Positions 61,246-64,000 of a stretch of DNA of 64,000 nt are shown here, one piece after another. The notes beneath the pieces were generated by a model. The model was not told where the DNA came from and did not search any database. It saw only the letters and a list, made by a program, of their open reading frames with translations. A program made the translations under genes and the position numbers. The stretch is from positions 51,896,001-51,960,000 of the forward strand of contig NC_058382.1 in assembly GCF_018350175.1 (NCBI RefSeq). The letters are read 5' to 3'. The stretch is from Felis catus. Lineage: Eukaryota. Each line of letters opens with the position of its first letter. Position 1 is the first letter of the stretch.

Positions 61246-62809
61246 AGGACAAAAGCATAGGCTTTCGAGTCTGGCTCCAAGAAAACAAATTCAAAAAAAT
61301 GACAGAGGTTCTCCTGGAAAAGAAGAACCCAAAACAATACAGATTCATTTTGAAGGAAAAAGATAGCCTTTTGTTACAAGTCTAGTTCGAACACAGCAGA
61401 GATCAAAGATCCAAGAGAAATCGTTAGCTTTCCCCCCACCATTCTGTAGCTTGAAATCTCTTCTCAGAGTAAAGGATTTGAGAAGCTGGCCAGAAGTATT
61501 TCCGATCAATCATACGATCAGTTATAAGACATTGATCCTTTTCCCTACTCAAATCAAAGCATCTCTTTTCTCAGGCCAGGTCAGAGGAGAGATCTCCCAG
61601 GGTCAAGCAAAATGAGATTTTATTTACTTTTTTATTTGTACCCCCAAACTAGATTTTAAATTCTACTCTGACTCCACTGGCATCTGAGGGATGAAGAAAT
61701 CCACTTAACTGTCCTGAGGCTCAGCTTCGATGATCTATAAATAGAATACTTAGCCCATAGCCTCGCTCTGAAGGCAAAAGAGATCTGGCATTCCATAAAT
61801 TGTATGTACTGTTATAATTAATGGTAAGGATATTACAGATATTATTACTGTTATTATCATTAAGCACTGGGCACTGTGCTAAGTGTTTATAGCCACTATT
61901 CACTTAATCTTTCCAATAGCCCTGCAAAGTAGGCATTCCGAAGTCTGAGAACGGGCCCAGGCAGGCTCAGCGAGTTGCCAGAGGTCACACAGCTGATAAA
62001 GAGGTCAAATTAGAATGGGAAATTTGCTCAGCTTCTTTCCACAACGCCCTCAAATGTCTACCCACCCGTAGACGGCCCAAATCAGTATGAGGAGCCTGCG
62101 TTATAAGTAAAACCTTCATTCTTTATTTCCCACTTACTAAATTATGTCAGACTTTTCTCTATCAAGCGGTTTTACTTTGGTGTCAATACGTGGGAAGGGT
62201 ACAAAGAGGCTGTGACGGGAAGGCAATGAAGACAGATTCGACTGGTTTTCCCAAGATCCAGAAGGAACCAATCACCCCTTGGTTTTTCCTGTATTGTCTG
62301 AAAGAAAGAGAGAGCGAGCGAGAAAGACAGGAAGGAAGGAAGGAAGGAAGGAAGAAAATAAATAAATAATGGAAGTCTGGAAGTCCCTTGCTTTTCATAC
62401 GAAAGCCTATCTGGTCCCCGGTACTTGTCCTAAAAAGCCCATTGTTAAGGTAAGAATAATCACACCGAGTCTTCCAGTTTATTCTTCTGTTAATTTCTAT
62501 CTTCCCTTCGAAAGTATTTTTTAAGCATTTGGGGTAATTGCAAGGAAAAAAGTGTTGGCCGATGGGGGTCTGCAAAATAGCTGTAATTGATATTCTACAT
62601 TAATTCTTACGGAAATAAGTCACTGTCTTAATTTTCTTTTCATTCTGAGGTGTGTTTCCCCCAAATACAATTCTTGGTTAATCCACAAAATCCTAATAGA
62701 AAGGCTTCTCCTTTATCACGGACTCTCCACTCTAGCCATCGCTGTGAGTGAGTCATTCCCAAGTCCCACTGGAGCTGTATAGACACTTGAGCATGTGTAG
62801 ACTCTGATG

Positions 62810-62810
<1 letters not shown>

Positions 62811-62856
<46 letters not shown>

Positions 62857-62906
62857 GTAGCTTTCCTAGTTTTTTGTGTGTGCCTTTTTTTTTTTTTTTT
62901 TTTTTG
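62811..62906. repeat. (CA)~21 microsatellite plus T-run upstream of CLEC3A
   Basis: Directly visible, ~400 bp upstream of the TATA box. Confidence 0.95.
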
Positions 62907-63238
62907 CCCTGAAAACCGAATTGAGTTTCCTAGAACATTAAGTGAACTTCGGAGGTCCAAAGCAAGGGCTTACAAACTGAGGTCCTCACAGAGAGACTCC
63001 AAACTTCCTGAACTTTAAAAAAAGAAAAGAAGAAAGCAGGTAAAACCCTTAAGCTCTTAGTTAACTCTCATACACTCTGAAAAGGCAAGTCAAGTAGAAA
63101 ATGTAACCGGAATATTTAAAAAAAAAAAAAAAAAGTCTAACCCGAGACGCAAGAACAAGGGGACACCTTATGCTGTGGCCAGCCGAGGAATTGAAACATT
63201 TCGTCAGCAGGACGCCAGCCAACCTTCACACGCACTTT

Positions 63239-63244
63239 TATAAA
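63239..63244 (+). promoter_or_regulatory. CLEC3A: TATA box of CLEC3A (TSS expected ~63268-63273)
   Basis: tttTATAAAgc about 105 bp upstream of the start codon. Confidence 0.75.
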
Positions 63245-63347
63245 GCTGGCCCACGCCCTCCAGAGCAAGATGAGGCTGCCCAGTCCACTCGCCTCTTAGC
63301 TACTCCAGAGGAACTGGCAGAGTGGTCATCAGACTTACCCAAGAGCC

Positions 63348-63462
63348 ATGGCAAAGAACGGGCTTGTAATTTACATCCTGGTTATCACCTTACTCCTGGA
63401 CCAGACCACCAGCCACACATCCAAATTCAAAGCCAGGAAGCACAGCAAACGCCGAGTGAAAG
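63348..63462 (+). CDS. CLEC3A: CLEC3A (C-type lectin domain family 3 member A) exon 1, coding part: signal peptide plus basic segment MAKNGLVIYILVITLLLDQTTSHTSKFKARKHSKRRVK, phase-1 donor
   Basis: Strong Kozak gccATGG, hydrophobic signal peptide followed by a K/R-rich stretch matching the CLEC3A N-terminus, donor AAG|gtaatg at 63463, syntenic with VAT1L. Confidence 0.96.
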
Positions 63463-64000
63463 GTAATGGGGCTTTTCACTCCAGCAAAATTCTAGGATTG
63501 CTCAGGGTGGGGAGGGACTGGGCAGTGTTCATTTCCCAGTTCTGCCGGGAAAACTGTCTCCGGTGATCGTGCCATGCCATCATGTGGATATGGCATTTCA
63601 GAAAACAGAGTGACCTTTTAATTCTCTGGGACAGTTTGACACTTCAAGGAATCAGCAGTAGGCCTTTTGTTTTTAACAGAAAAAGTTTCTGTATTGTACA
63701 TCCTTTGTCAAGCGAGCTCAGCCACACAGAATGTTCTTTAGAGAGAGTCAACATAGATACGTGGATATCTGGTATTATGAATGAGGGATCGAGTAGAATA
63801 GACTGATTAATAGAGTATACTGTCTCATTCTTAGATACTGTATAACTGTTCAAATGTATTTGTAAGAGAGCTATACTCTTATCAAATGTATAGGTAAGGA
63901 CAGAGTTATTGTGATATGGCTTCCGTTTCGTCATTGGTTATCACGTGCGCATGTCTTCGTACCCCTGACAACATAAGGACAGTCTATGCAACACATTTAA
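63463..64000 (+). other. CLEC3A: CLEC3A intron 1 (5' part)
   Basis: Begins GTAATG; read-through translation has no lectin similarity. Confidence 0.9.

Noticed and set aside
63152..63172. SOX9 dimer site AACAAGG-ggaca-CCTTATG in the CLEC3A promoter
   Set aside because: Both half-sites deviate from consensus; cannot be supported without conservation data.
870..63934. The several hundred 60-160-aa ORFs in the six-frame track
   Set aside because: Most start at non-ATG codons and translate SINEs (MAQSVKRPTSAQV-type), microsatellites or LTRs. Only the embedded VAT1L and CLEC3A exon peptides are recognisable.

Overview
Mammalian genomic DNA, almost certainly from a felid: it carries about 25 tRNA-derived Can-SINEs of the feline SINEC_Fc type. 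The window holds the 3' end of VAT1L on the + strand: a long intron (1-22698), an 84-bp penultimate coding exon (22699-22782), a 3.8-kb intron, and the terminal exon (CDS 26578-26676, ~2.5-kb 3' UTR, AATAAA at 29166). About 34 kb of repeat-rich intergenic DNA follows, then the TATA promoter and first coding exon of CLEC3A (63348-63462, +). This matches the known mammalian VAT1L-CLEC3A(-WWOX) gene order. Almost all ORF-track entries are spurious translations of repeats or non-coding DNA. I found no evidence of a new protein-coding system. The best secondary signals are: a MER53 palindrome containing a 21-mer identical to mature miR-1302 as I recall it; a cluster of miR-96/182 seed sites in the VAT1L 3' UTR; a near-perfect RFX X-box in the VAT1L intron; a strong CTCF site between the genes; a head-to-head SINE pair ~30 bp apart; a templated 51-bp local insertion beside a 19-bp tandem duplication; and a twin-primed (5'-inverted) L1. 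Repeat family names come from recognition by eye, not a database search, and repeat boundaries are approximate.
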